Assembly: GCA_030324005.1 (NCBI GenBank) | Contig: JARDVH010000042.1 | Location: forward strand, 79,117,092-79,181,091 | Source: Negaprion brevirostris | Lineage: Eukaryota | Length of the DNA stretch: 64,000 nucleotides | Direction of reading: 5' to 3' | In this document: positions 25,316-38,639 of the stretch, piece by piece | Numbering within the stretch: position 1 is the stretch's first letter | How the letters are laid out: each line of letters starts with the position of its first letter | Notes under the pieces: model-generated | Databases searched by the model: none | Seen by the model: the letters and a program-made list of their open reading frames with translations, nothing else | What the model was told of the DNA's origin: nothing | Program-made: the position numbers and the translations under genes

Positions 25316-26733
25316 CTTAGCAAACCACTTAACTATATCAAAAACAGCTACAGAGTCGTACAAAAGTGAATGAAACAGGACAGGTTCACTGGCATCTGTT
25401 TTGTCAGAGGAAGTGACCATGGCACACTCAGCCCTGTTGACCCTAAAAAGGTGTCCTTACTAATCTCTGGGGGCTTGCACCACCAATGAGAGAGCTGTCT
25501 CACAGACTAGCCAAGCAGCAGCCTGACACAGTCAGACTCACAGAATCATACTTGGTAAACAATGTCCCAGACACCATCATCACCATTCCTGGGTATGTCC
25601 TGTCATGCCAACCAGAGGTGGAGGCAAAGATGGGCAAGGAAACATCTTTCTGATGATCATCTATAGTTCCCCTCTCTCCCAAATCAGCAGATGAGTCAAT
25701 ATTCCTCCATGTTGTACACTACTTGAAGGAAGCACCGAGGGGAGCAAGGACACAGAATGTACTCTGGCTGGCTGACCATAAAATTCATAAAATTTTGAAT
25801 TTGACATTTTTAAAATCTCCAGCAGCTGTTGATTACTATATTTAACTTTTACGGAGATGATTTAAAAGCTTCTCAGGGCAACTTAGGATGAGTAATAAAT
25901 ATAACTTACCATAAATTGCACAACCCGAAGAGGAGGAGTGTGGGACATCACTGGTCTGAAGGAATTGTGAAGAAGTGCCTTTGAGGTTGCTGGATATACT
26001 TCTACATGAAAAGTGCAGCTCTTGGCTTTCATCCACAATAAGGGTGTGCAAATGAGCAAAGAAACCACTGATCAATTTTATTGATATTAGTGGGTGCAAA
26101 TGTAGTTCTTTCAATAGTCTGCATTGATTCATCTTGATGCAGTTGCTGATGACACAAAGTTAGATATAAACTAAAGCACTGAGGAGGGCACATAGACATT
26201 GCAAAGGGATATAGGCAGGTTGGATATGTGGGCAAGATCACATGACAGATGGCATACACTGTGACCAAATATGAAATTATCTTCTTTGGTAGGAAACATA
26301 AAAAAGCAGAATATGTTTTGAGAGACTGAAAAATGTTTGCATCTTGATTGTCCTTACACATGAATCATACAAAGTTAATATGCAGATACAGCAAGCAGTT
26401 AGGAACACAAATGATGTGTTAGCTTGGGACTGGAGTGCGAAAATAAAAATCATATTGTGTTAAGTGGTGAGTGAGTGTCTGGACCAAGCTGCCAGTGGTA
26501 GTGGTAGAGGCGGGTACAATTTTGTCTTTTAAAAAACATTTAGACAGTTACATGGATATGATAGACATAGGGGGATATGGGCCAAATGTGGGCAATTGGG
26601 GCTAGCTTAGGTGTTTAAAAGGAAAGGGCTTCTTGGACAAGTTGGGCTGAAGGGCCTGTTTCCATGCTGTAAACCTCTAAGACTTTATGACTCTATACTA
26701 CAATTACATAAGGTGTTGGTGAGGCCACACTAA

Positions 26734-27615
26734 GGGCCTGATTTTACCATTGCACTGTGCCCATTTTCGGGCACACAAACTTGGTAAAGTTAGGCATGAG
26801 GTGAGTAGCACGATCCATGCCCACCTTTGCATTGGCTCCCCCTATACCAAGGCCCGAAAATGGCTGCAATTGGGACTGTGCCCAAAACGGATGCAACAGC
26901 AATTTAAATGTATTTGCATGCATTTAAATTGACTTAATAGGTTGCACGTCCAACCTTGTTGGCACTTCCCTCTTTACCATCATGTTCACCCATCCAGATG
27001 CGGCACGAAACAGACATGTTGTACAAAAGTCCGATTCGAGGGCACCAGCTAGTGAAGAGATAAGTGCTGAGCGTCCGACTGCTCTCTATTCAGATCAGTG
27101 TGGGGAGGGGCGGAGGGTCTGCTGCCGCTCTGCCTGTGATCAGCGAATGGAGGGAGGACCATTGCCACTTTCCCTGTGATCAGTGACAGGGAAGGGGGGG
27201 GGGTTTGCTGCCACTCTGCCTGTGATCAGTGAGGGGGAAGGGGAGGATGGGGCTGCGATCAGTCTGGGTGGTGGGGGACTGGGGAGATAAGGGTGTCAGT
27301 AATGTTGTGGGAGTGGGGCAATGTACGTGGGGGCCAGGGGGAGGCGTTATCTGGCCCGGGAGCAATGTGGCAGGGGAGCCACATTCTATCTTTATTTTCT
27401 GCGCATGCACAGTAGGAGGCGCTGATTGGAGCTGCAGAACGTCAGGCGCACTAAGCTCCGCCCACAGGCTTGTGCAGCACGATTTGGACTCACTGAAATT
27501 TTTGCAGGTAGACTGTGTATGGGGGCACTTGAGAATGGGTCTAAAAGTGGGATCTGAAACACTCCCAGTTTCAAATCCACCCAGCACTTAGAATCAAAAT
27601 GGTAAAATAGGGCCC
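26734..27615. mobile_element. Non-autonomous DNA transposon (PIF/Harbinger-like MITE) inserted in a CR1 fragment
   Basis: TIRs GGGCCTGATTTTACCATT / AATGGTAAAATAGGGCCC; left flank TAA. It interrupts the CR1 'ttggtgaggccacac...tgtgtgcacttttgg' segment. A second copy of its left half lies at about 21246-21575. Confidence 0.75.
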
Positions 27616-27860
27616 CATGTTCTGTGTGCACTTTTGGTTTCCTTATCTTGGCAAGGACATATGCTCTAAAGTGAGTGCAACAAATGTTCACTAGACTGTG
27701 TCCTGGGATGAGAAGATTTTTCCTGAGTAAACTAGACCTATATTCCCTGAATTTATAAGAGTGGGAGGTGGTCTAATTGAAATCCTTAAAATTTTTAAGG
27801 GGTTTGACAGTGTAGAGAAAATATTTCCTCTGGGTGGTGAATCTAGAATAAAATGTCACA

Positions 27861-28160
27861 GGGGTGGGATGGTGGCACAGTGTTTAGCACTGCTGCCTCA
27901 CAGCGTCAGAGACCCAGGTTCGATTCTGGCCTTGGGTGACTGTCTGTGTGGAGGTTGCCTGTTCTCCCATGTCTTTGTGGGTTTCCTCCAGGTGCTCTGG
28001 TTTCCTCCCATAGTTCAAAGACGTGCAGGTTTGGTGGATTTGCTATGCTAAATTGCCCCTTAGTGTCTCAAGATCAGTAGGTTTGGGTAAGATACTCCAT
28101 TGGAGAGTCGATACAGACTCAATGGGCTGAATGGCCTCCTTCTGCACTATTAGGATTTTC
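27861..28160 (+). mobile_element. HE1-type SINE inserted in CR1
   Basis: ggtggcacagtgtttagcactgctgcctcacagc...ggttcgattc...gggctgaatggcctccttctgcac. Confidence 0.85.
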
Positions 28161-30463
28161 TGATGGTCTCAGAGTAAAGGTTCAACCACAAAGGACTGAA
28201 ATGAGGAAAAATTTCTTCACTCAAAGCATTGTGAATCGTTGGATTCTCTGTTCCAGAGAACAATGGATGTTCAGTCATTGCTTAAATTAAATACAAAGCT
28301 GGATAGATCTTAAGGGCTATGAGGACCATATGGGAAAATGGAGGTGAGATAGAAGATGGACCAAGATGTCATTGCAGAGATAGGGCAAGCTTGAAGGGCC
28401 AAATTCCTACTCCAGTTCCTATTTGTCATGTTATACACTTTAGCACAATGGTGATCTACAGCCCAAAATTTTTCTTTGACCCACCTGCTGTAATAGAACC
28501 TCAAACTCCTCGGCATTGAAGGATAAGGTGCCTTTGAAAATATTAGTGAGTTCAATCTTCAACACCCAATTCCTCTTCAATGGTGAACTGCAGTACCTCA
28601 GTGACTTCCGCCAATTGTGGTGCAGGCTAACTTCTGGAAGGTTTTGCATTTGTTAGTAGCACGTGTATATGAGAAGGGATATATTCTGGAATAAAACATG
28701 CACCGAGGACTATTAAACAACACTTTTGCTATTTTTGCCAAAATCCTGTCATAAATATCAACACATTTCCTTAGAGAGTATTTATGACTCATTGTTTTAT
28801 ACAGTTCGTCGGGGCATCTTGGGAAAGAAATTCTTTAACTGATACACTGAGCTTCTTTTTCTGTTGCACTCTTAACAGAAAACAAATTCTTCAGTTCACA
28901 AGGTTCTCTAAACAGATGTTCCATATGTTCTTTTGTCAGGAGAAAGAGGATGATGGAACATCACGACACTTGAAGCTGTTTAGGTCAAAATCCTTCTTCT
29001 GTGTGGGATGGCTTGGGGTCTTTACCCACCACAACAACCTGTAGTTTTGGAAAGTCATTTATAGTTACAGAGTAAAGCACATAGATAAAAGTCCGGTAGG
29101 AACAGTCATAAATCAACTCTTTTTGTCTATGATTGGTACAGGCACACAGAATACATGTATCCAAGGTCACAGCTGCCATTTGTATGCATTGAGTGTCTCC
29201 TTGGAATGATCAATGATGCAACTTCATCTAAAATTTCAGAGGAATGGCACAGCACACACTACAAAAGAACTAAGCAGACCTTTCAGGCAGGATGTTAAAC
29301 ACTCCTGCCCGTCAATTTTGTTTTGATGTTTTTGATCAACCAAGTGCCTGATGTTATGTAACATATTTTTCTGCTCTTCAAAGAGGTGAAATAAAAATAT
29401 GTACCCCTAATTGCCCTTGAAAAGGGGTGGTAGTGAACTGCTGCAGTTGGTCTGGTGCAGGTAGACCCAAAGTGCTACTAGAAAGGAATNNNNNNNNNNN
29501 NNNNNNNNNNNNNNNNNNNNNNNNNNNNNNNNNNNNNNNNNNNNNNNNNNNNNNNNNNNNNNNNNNNNNNNNNNNNNNNNNNNNNNNNNNNNNNNNNNNN
29601 NNNNNNNNNNNNNNNNNNNNNNNNNNNNNNNNNNNNNNNNNNNNNNNNNNNNNNNNNNNNNNNNNNNNNNNNNNNNNNNNNNNNNNNNNNNNNNNNNNNN
29701 NNNNNNNNNNNNNNNNNNNNNNNNNNNNNNNNNNNNNNNNNNNNNNNNNNNNNNNNNNNNNNNNNNNNNNNNNNNNNNNNNNNNNNNNNNNNNNNNNNNN
29801 NNNNNNNNNNNNNNNNNNNNNNNNNNNNNNNNNNNNNNNNNNNNNNNNNNNNNNNNNNNNNNNNNNNNNNNNNNNNNNNNNNNNNNNNNNNNNNNNNNNN
29901 NNNNNNNNNNNNNNNNNNNNNNNNNNNNNNNNNNNNNNNNNNNNNNNNNNNNNNNNNNNNNNNNNNNNNNNNNNNNNNNNNNNNNNNNNNNNNNNNNNNN
30001 NNNNNNNNNNNGAAAGGAATTCCAAGTTTTTGATGCATTGACAGTGCTGATGGTGATGGAATTGCAGGAAAGCTTGAGACTAGGACTGGAACTCACAGGT
30101 GCTTGCATTCCGATGCATCCCAAAGCCTTGTCCTTTTAAGTGAAAGAGGTTACGGAATTGGAAGGAGCTTGTAATATGCCTTTAATTGATAGCAGCAGGC
30201 CATGATTAAAGTGTGTCATATGGCCTAGCCTCAGTCCCACTTTGGCTTGTGAAGAGAACACAGTTCTGCTGCTATCTTTATGTTTTCTTCCATGTGCCTG
30301 GTTTAAGCAAATGAATTCACAAGATGTTAACCCAATCCCTTATGAGTAACTTGTGCCTTTATATCATTATAACAATGTGATACTGCTGTTGAAGGGAACT
30401 TGGTGAGTTACTGCAATGCATCTTATAGATAGTGATAACATTGCTACTGATGTAGGGAATGAA

Positions 30464-30537
30464 TATTTAAGGTGCTGGAAGGGCTGCTGATCAAGTAAAC
30501 TATTTAAGGTGCTGGAAGGGCTGCTGATCAAGTAAAC
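30464..30537. repeat. Perfect 37-bp tandem duplication inside a LINE remnant
   Basis: tatttaaggtgctggaagggctgctgatcaagtaaac x2. Confidence 0.9.
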
Positions 30538-32242
30538 TGCTTTGTACTGGATTGTTTTGAATTTCTTGAGTGTTTTTGGGTCTGTATCCATCTAAGTAAA
30601 TGGAAAGAACTCTTTCATGTTCACCTATGCCTTGTAGATGGTGGACAGGCTTTGGGGAATCAGGAGATGGGATACTCGTCACAGAATTCCCAGCACCTGG
30701 CCTGACCTTGAAGTCATTTATGTGGCTGGTCCAGTTCAGCATCTAGTAATTGGAACCCTGAGGATATTGATGGTGGGGTATTGAGTGATGATAATGCTGC
30801 TAACATCAAGTGGAGATGGTTAGATTTTCTTTTGTTGTAATAGAAAAAAGAGTAGTGCTGAGTTGCTACATGAAAGTAATGGCAGCTCGCATATGTATAA
30901 ACCACAGATCATGCTGTGCATTTCCTGTGTTGTACCATTAAGGTGGCTAGGACAGGAAATGGCATTTGGATTTGTTAGCATGTTTTATCATAGTTTCAAG
31001 AGGAGCAATTAATCAAGGTAAAATTGATAAGCATATTTGAATGAGATGGTGATGGCATAACCACCTTCCATCAATACTGTTTTAATTGCAATCAGTTGTA
31101 ATTATACTTAGATAAAATGGGCATCCAATGTTGTTCAAAACTCCAGGAGGATGATGCCAAGGGCAATCATTGCCTATTCCAGTGAGAGTGAGAAAAGTTT
31201 TAGGGGATTGAAAGAACTTAGGTACTTTGTAAGCATTCACAGAAAGGTTACTTTTTGGACATCTTTAGTGGTTTTTCTTTTATTTGCTGTTGTAACTGCT
31301 TTTATTGTGAGGCTCCCATTTACTCCCTTCTCCTCACAACTGCCCAGACAGAACAAGAAGTTTTCATGAAAATTTCCCTGTACCTTTGATTTTGCAGGGC
31401 CTGAAGTGATGAGCACCCTCTTATCAGCACCTGAATTACCAGAGGAAGGCTGTTTTACTTTTAGTTATTGGAAGATGGAATGAGCAATGATTGCCCTTCG
31501 TGCTTCTGTCCTTCCATGGTCAGACATAAAGGAAGCTTTCTTCTTCTGTGCTTTCTTCTCCTGTGCCTGATAACATAAAGCAGCACTTGAAAATTAACCA
31601 AGGCAACACGAGGGTAGGGGGTTGAGGTAATGGTGCTTGGCGTTTTGAAGCAATCCTCTTCAACTCTCTTGAATGGATGTATTTTTAGCTGCACATGATT
31701 TAAGTCCAGCAGCTCACTATTTCTCACCCGGTGAGTTCCCAGTTTGAGATGGGTTCACTGGAAACCTGACTGGCAAGAACGATTGGCATTTAGACTACAA
31801 TGCTTTCAGAAAACTTGACCTGCCATATTACTTGCATGAATTTCACCCTTGTGGAATATCTGGGTTCATTTTTCTTTAATAAGAATGACCGTTGTTCTCT
31901 CTTGGAGTGCATTGATTTGGGAAGACATGTCCTGTGACCCCAAATCCTTGCTGAAGCAAAACATGTAATAATCCAGAGATAAAAAAAGTAACATATCAGC
32001 AGAGGTTGGTCCACAACTTCGTTAACACTTGCATCAAGGCAGCAAATTGTGTTCTGAATGAAGCCAAAGAAGTAGAGAGAAAAATAATGGGTTTTGTTGC
32101 TACTGCCACTGTTGGCAGATTGTTAGTCTGATAGTCTGTATTTATTTAATCAATATACCTCAAAAACTAATGCACACAAAACTTGGTGCGCCAGAAAAGA
32201 CATGGCCCAAGGAAGAACTGCTTAGAGTTTGGTAAAGATGTG

Positions 32243-33505
32243 AGGCCCAATTCTCCCATTGTGACGTGCTAATTTTTTTGGCACATCGGGTTGGGAGATG
32301 CTCATGTCGGCCATTTTACGGGATTTGCGCATTGTTCCCAACGCATGTGCGTCTCCCACGGCCAAAGAGCAGGCATGGTCGAGACCGTGCTGGAAACCAG
32401 CGGAAAAAACAGGTAAGTGATTTTAATCTATTTTTCATGTAATTTAAATGTCATTATTGGGCCCAGGACTGAATTCTCCGGGCCCGATAGCTTCTCCCAC
32501 CCATCCCCCGGAGTGTTTCACTCTGGCATAGTTTAGAGTAGCTCCCCATGTTCGAGGAACTAACAGGAGACACTGCTGAAGTGAAGGGGGAGCAATCGCC
32601 CCCCCCACCCCCCCCCAGGGGGTCAGGTGGTGAGGGTGTCGTGCCTCCTGGGCATGGGCATCCTGGCAGTGCCAGTCCCTGTCACCAGGTACTGCCCAAG
32701 GACACCTTGGCACTGGGCATCAGGTAGTGCCAAGGGGGCAGGGCTTATTTTGAGTGTGGCTTAGGGGTGATCAGTGAGGATGGGGAGTCCCACTGCCACC
32801 CTGCATGGGACTGGAGGGAGGCCAATGATCAGGGCAGGCTGGGGGTGGTCGGCCTGCCTGTCAGGGAGGTATGCCAGGGGAGGGGGTTATGATCATTGCT
32901 TGGGGGTTGTGGGGAGGGCTGGAGATCGCGGTGCTCTAGGAGGGGAAGGGGATCGGGACTGGCTTGGGAACAGATGGGGGGGGCTGCTATCAAGCCATGG
33001 GATGGGCTGAAGGGACAGCAGGGCGGGGATCCCGGGCTGGCCAGCAATTGAGTTGGCCAGCAAACGGNNNNNNNNNNNNNNNNNNNNNNNNNNNNNNNNN
33101 NNNNNNNNNNNNNNNNNNNNNNNNNNNNNNNNNNNNNNNNNNNNNNNNNNNNNNNNNNNNNNNNNNNCGGGACTGGCTCGGGAACAGATGGGGGGGGCTG
33201 CTATCAAGCCATGGGATGGGCTGAAGGGACAGCAGTGCGGGGATCCCGGGCTGGCCAGCAATTGAGTTGGCCAGCAAACGGGAGGCTGACGGATTGAGGC
33301 CACTGCACATGCGCAGAGTTTTGGAACTGTCAGTCTCTGGCATGAATAGGCCCTGCCCCGAGCTTTTAATGATATTCACGATTGTGACCTTGGAATGGTC
33401 AGAGCGTGGGAGATTCAAGTTTGAACTCTCACTAGAAAACAATCATAATTTACACCAGTTTTTCCGTCAATTCAGCACTTAGAATTTTTTTGGGAGAATC
33501 GGGCT
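32243..33505. mobile_element. PIF/Harbinger-like MITE with GC-rich interior
   Basis: TIRs GGCCCAATTCTCCCA / TGGGAGAATCGGGCT; possible 3-bp TSD GTG. Confidence 0.7.
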
Positions 33506-35998
33506 GTGGATTTGGATCAGGGTCTTAGATATTTTTTTAAAGGACTTGTCAACTTGGAGAGATAGGGCAGGGTTCTTTTTGTTTTTGAATGTTGCAGATT
33601 GACTCAGCTTCTTGATGGAATTTGTCACAGACGCCATAGTGCAAGCAGAGTTTTCAGAGTCAGTTGTTGGATGTGGATTGGCTTGAAGCCTCCTCAATGT
33701 GATGGAAACTCTTTATTAAATGTTTTCAGTTTTGTAGGCACAAAGCATCAACTCGGCAGGGAAAAGCCTCAGTGGAGAGATATGTAATTAGAAAGACATT
33801 GAGTTAATAGCAGAGCTATGTGCTTTATTGTTTATACTGTATTTAGTACTAGCGATGTCTCCCCTACGACATCTAATTACAACTGTTTATCTATGAACTT
33901 TTCACATGCATCAGTCTTGAATGCAGGCATTCTCCAGTCCAATTCCACTATTTTCTCCTTTAAGTCCTTAGCTAGCAAACAATGTCCCCATTAAGATGCG
34001 AATGATAGAGTTTGGGTCTCCATAAAATGTGTACGTTCATATGAGACCTGAGATGAGGCAATTAATTAATTATAGTACCTGGGTGACTATGTAAACAGAT
34101 CTGCTAAAGGGGGTGGTCGTGGAGATAGTGGGGACAATTTTCTGGCCTCGCCACACCTGGCACAGATGGCAACCAATCCATGAAAATAGCATGTGGGTAG
34201 AGATATGGGTTTTGCACCTAGTGCCAAAAGGTTTGCAATCATCCCACTCCCTTTCTACTGCCACAAACCGGATCAGGCACAAGGCCGATTCACATATTTA
34301 AAAGTAGCATTTAAAAGTGCTAAGGAAGAAGGAAATAGATAGATTTCTAGACTCTAATTGGAGAGAGGGTGAGAGTATTGTTTCTGATGTCAAGGATTAG
34401 CCGTAAGCATATTGAGTAGTGGAGCTGGCTGTTTTTTGTTTCTGTTTTATTACCTTGCACATTAAAAATAAACTCCTCTTGACTCAAAAGTTGCAACATA
34501 GAATTAAGTGAAATGTGTGAAATTTAAACTTGTGCGAACTCAGTTTAAATCAAAACTCCTGTGAATAAAATCATTTCAAAAAATCCTAAAATATGACATT
34601 TTGTATTGTACACACTAATTTTGATGTCACACCACGGATGGGGAGTCTTTCCTGGTGGCAGTGCATATTAGAGAGCTGCAGGTATGCTCCATTAAATTCT
34701 ATCCTCCAAATAAATGGAATAACATGGATAGTGCCCCTATGATTTTTCAATTTGCACTGCCAGTGGGAGAAGTACCACGCCAGTAGCAAAAATCTGTAAA
34801 TTTGCTCCCCAAAGCTCTGATCAACATGTCATAGCCCATGCAAACTATATTCTTTTTTTAGACATCACGCCCACTTGCGTTTAAAGTCTTGATCATCAAG
34901 TGTAGTGAGCCTACAGTTCAAACTAATGAAGATGTACAGATATAATTTGCCCATGTAAATGTAAAGGTATCTGCAGTCTTTTAACATTAAATAACTTGAG
35001 CTCTGTTCATACTTATAAATTCCTATTGCTACATTTACAACGTAAACTTACAGAATTTAATTTAGACGACAGGAGTCTTTCCAGGCAGCTGGAGAACCAG
35101 CTGGATTCCTGCATCATTTCTATTCAGGAAGCCTTGCTACATTAAGTGCCAATCATGCGCGTAACTGGGTAGCGGCTGGCCTTCCTCAACGGTTCCGGGA
35201 GCAGAGAGCTGCCAGCAGCTAATCATTAGGAATGTACAAGCATATGAGTTAGGAGCAAGAATAGGCCAGTCGACCCCTTGAGCCTGGTCCACCATTCAAA
35301 AAAATTATGGCTACCCTTATTGTGGCTTCGACTTTACTTTCCTTCCTAACCCCATACCCTTTGACTCCCTTGTCAATCAAGAATCTATCTAATTCAGCCT
35401 TAAAAAAACATTCACTCCCTTCACCTGGAGAAGGGAGTTCCACAGACAATTTCAGCCTCTCCCACAGAAGGAAAACATCACTACAACATCTATACAGCCA
35501 AATCCCCTCAGGATTTTATATCTTTCAATCATTCTTTGAAACAGCAATGATAGAGGCACAACCTGTCCAGCCTTTCCTCATTGATAATCCTATCAATTCC
35601 AGGAGTCATTTGAATGAACCTTCTCTGAATTCCTTTGAATACAATTATGTCCTTTCTTAAATAAGGAGACCCAAACTATACCTAGGGTGGAGATTTTGCA
35701 TTTTTAGGCAGCGTGGCACAACAGGCATTAAGGATGGTATGAAAGCTGTTGGTTCCAAGGGTGGCTTCCTCCACCATAATTTTAAAGACTGATTGATATA
35801 TAAAAAAATTAAGAGGTGGGTCCCATGACATCACACTGGCTCAGAGCTAGTCCCATCAACACCTTAGCTTTAAAAAGATTGGGGTGCTGTTTTCAAAGGG
35901 CAGAAAGATTAAAATAGAACACCCTCAAACAACACATCCCAATGGAATATCTCCCTCCCACCATGAGGTATCCTACCCCCACAGAACTAGGTACACAT

Positions 35999-36950
35999 TG
36001 TGAGGGATGTGTTGCGATTCACATTAGCATGTTGTCCATTTCATTTATTACATTTCCTTTGAAAGTTTTTTGTTCAAGTGTTTCTTTAACTTGATACTTG
36101 TTTTATATATCCTTATTGGTTTTTAAAAGGGCATAGAAAGAGAACCTGCTGGGACATAGGAGTAGTAATGAGGAGGCAGAGATCTATAAAGTTGCATGCT
36201 GTGAATAAACTACTAAGAAGGCAAAGATCTGTGTCCCCTTTTGTATTCACCATCTGGCTTGGATTCAACTTACATGATAACAGAGAATGGCTGTTTTAAA
36301 CATATTCTTATTAAAATTTATGGACAAAGTTTATAAGATCGTCTATTAAATGTTTCCAGTGCACAGATAGACAATTATTCCATGCAGGAATATATCATGG
36401 AATTTAACAACAATATACCAGATTGCAGAAATTGGATTTGGAAAATTACTGGTCCAATGCTTGCTTTCAGATTGTTGGATTGTGCTATAATGTTGCATCT
36501 GGATAAACTCCTGGGGTGACATCTTATTTCCTCGATTTGAGTTAGATTGGAAATTCCCGCCCGAAGTCAACAAACATTTCCATTGTTCACTCCGATTCTG
36601 TGATGGGTGAGGTGATAGAATTCTGGTGCTAATCTTAAATGGAGTTAGATCTTCAGAAAGAGACATAATTTTGGAGGAGACGCCTGGGGCTTTAAGAATA
36701 TTCCTGGGAAAATGGACATTGCGTGCCACTTTCATGGCACAAATGGGACATACGGCAGGGAATGGCACAAAAATGAAGGATTTAATGCTTGCAGTATCTC
36801 GAGATCATTCANNNNNNNNNNNNNNNNNNNNNNNNNNNNNNNNNNNNNNNNNNNNNNNNNNNNNNNNNNNNNNAATGAGGATGGACAGCTTTATGGTGGA
36901 TTTGATAGATGACGTTTACGGCATATGTAGCTGTCTCTTCATTGATCATT
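35999..36950 (+). mobile_element. LTR retroelement 5' remnant: LTR about 35999-36274 plus tRNA-iMet-type PBS
   Basis: TG...CA segment with AATAAA, followed directly by tgataacagagaatgg, a G->A-decayed TGGTAGCAGAGGATGG. Confidence 0.5.
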
Positions 36951-37007
36951 CTCCTCCCTTTCTAACTGAGCACTGCTGTGACTAATGATGCTTTTCCTTG
37001 ATGCCAG

Positions 37008-37278
37008 TGTAGTAAGTCAAAGGCAACTCATTGTTGTTTCAGCAATGAATGATTGATTTATTATCAATCATATATGTATAACATACATAGAAGATAATGG
37101 TCTGACAGGACAGCAATACAAGACTGCTCTCTTCTCCTCCCTGGCTCCAACTGAGGTTCCTCTCTATCCCAGGATGCGCGTCCTTGCTCTCCATTGGCTC
37201 GGTGTGACCTCTTGTGTCTGACCTATTCTTGTAACCCTGAAAGGATTGCCACCTTTAAGGGGCCACAGTACCACTACA
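37008..37278 (-). mobile_element. Probable solo LTR
   Basis: Bounded by TGTAGT...ACTACA inverted ends, with minus-strand AATAAA near the 3' end. No clear TSD. Confidence 0.5.
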
Positions 37279-37631
37279 CTCCATTTGCTAGATCTTTTCC
37301 CATTCACCTAACTAATCTATATGCCTTTGCAGCCTCCTTGTATCCCCTTCAGAACTTACTTTCTTACCTACCTTTGTGTCATCTGCAAATTTAGCAACTA
37401 TCCCATTAGCCCATTCATCTAAATCATTTATATTAAATTGTAAAGGGTTGAGGCCCCAGCACTGACCCCTTTGGCACATCACTTATCACTTCAAGCTCCC
37501 AATAGTAAATTCATTGCTACGCTACGTTTATCTTGTCAGTGCATACATTTAACTGCTGATGACTTTTTCTTAAATAATAGTTTACAGTAATTCTATCTTA
37601 CTGTGAGCTATCTTTCACTCCTAAACAGTTT

Positions 37632-38579
37632 GGGGGGCAATTCTCCCAGCACGTTGCACTGCTAGAGCAGCAGACTGGGCTGGGAGACGTAAGTGGAGAC
37701 TGTGTCGGGCACCACATATCTCCAGCGCTGGATTTCTGGAGCTGCTTTAATTATTTAAATTCAAATTTCAATGTGATTAGGAGGCCTACGACTGAAGTCT
37801 CCAGGCCTGATAGCCTCTTCCCACCCCAGGAGCTGGTGGTCCAATGCCACTTGAGTGAAGGAAAGCCATGGAGGCTCAGTAAGGGAAGGTGCCCCCTGGG
37901 CATTGCCAGCCTGGAAGTGCCAACCTGGCCCCCTGGCACTACCCAAGTGACAAAGTGGCAGTGCCCAGGTGGCACCTTGGTGATATCCACCAGATATTGG
38001 CCAACGCCAAGGGGGTGGTGCCACAGGGGCAGTGCCTAATGGGGACAGACCCTCTTGGGTGGGGGGAGATTGGTGGGGGAACAGGGTCCCACTGCCACCT
38101 TGCGTCTGGGGTGGGTGACAGAGGGAGAGAAGGGCTGATCTGGGATGGGCTCTGGGGTGGGGGACAGGGNNNNNNNNNNNNNNNNNNNNNNNNNNNNNNN
38201 NNNNNNNNNNNNNNNNNNNNNNNNNNNNNNNNNNNNNNNNNNNNNNNNNNNNNNNNNNNNNNNNNTGGAGGAGCTGGCTTAGGGGGTTGCTGAGCTCATC
38301 AGCGATTGAGGTGGCTAGCAATTAGGACAGCAGTGTGGGGCTACTGAGATCTTGGCTATGACCGATTGGCACATGCACAGTGACCCACTCAGCCCTATGC
38401 TGCTGACCTCTGCAGCAGGAATAGGCCCCACCCACAGTATTTTGTTGTGATGCTCGGGCACTCTGCAATGTACAGTGTGTGGAAAATTCATTTTGAAAAT
38501 CCCGCTGAAAAAATCAACGGGACTTACCCCAGTTTTATGCAAATTCGGCATTTAGAATATTTTTGGCAGAATCCCACCC
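37632..38579. mobile_element. MITE related to 32243-33505
   Basis: ggggggcaattctccca ... tggcagaatcccaccc; shares interior blocks and the subterminal cacttagaat-like motif. Confidence 0.65.
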
Positions 38580-38639
38580 TTTATGTTTAACCATACTAAC
38601 CTCCAGCCCTCTTAGTGGGGCACCAAAGGAACTTTTTAC

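Larger units (their letters stand above)
26160..28420 (+). mobile_element. Decayed CR1 with nested insertions (second CR1 3' end at about 26475-26695, MITE, SINE)
   Basis: Collinear CR1 RT-to-3' segments on either side of each insert. Confidence 0.6.

Noticed and set aside
29378-30123. Long ORFs of 186-238 aa
   Set aside because: Made up almost entirely of N; likewise 49488-50053 and 60192-60683.
32955-33280. About 110-bp direct repeat flanking a gap
   Set aside because: Near-identical sequence on both sides of a 100-N gap is a typical scaffold overlap or haplotype artefact. The same pattern occurs at 24880-25110, 51447-51680 and 63046-63205.
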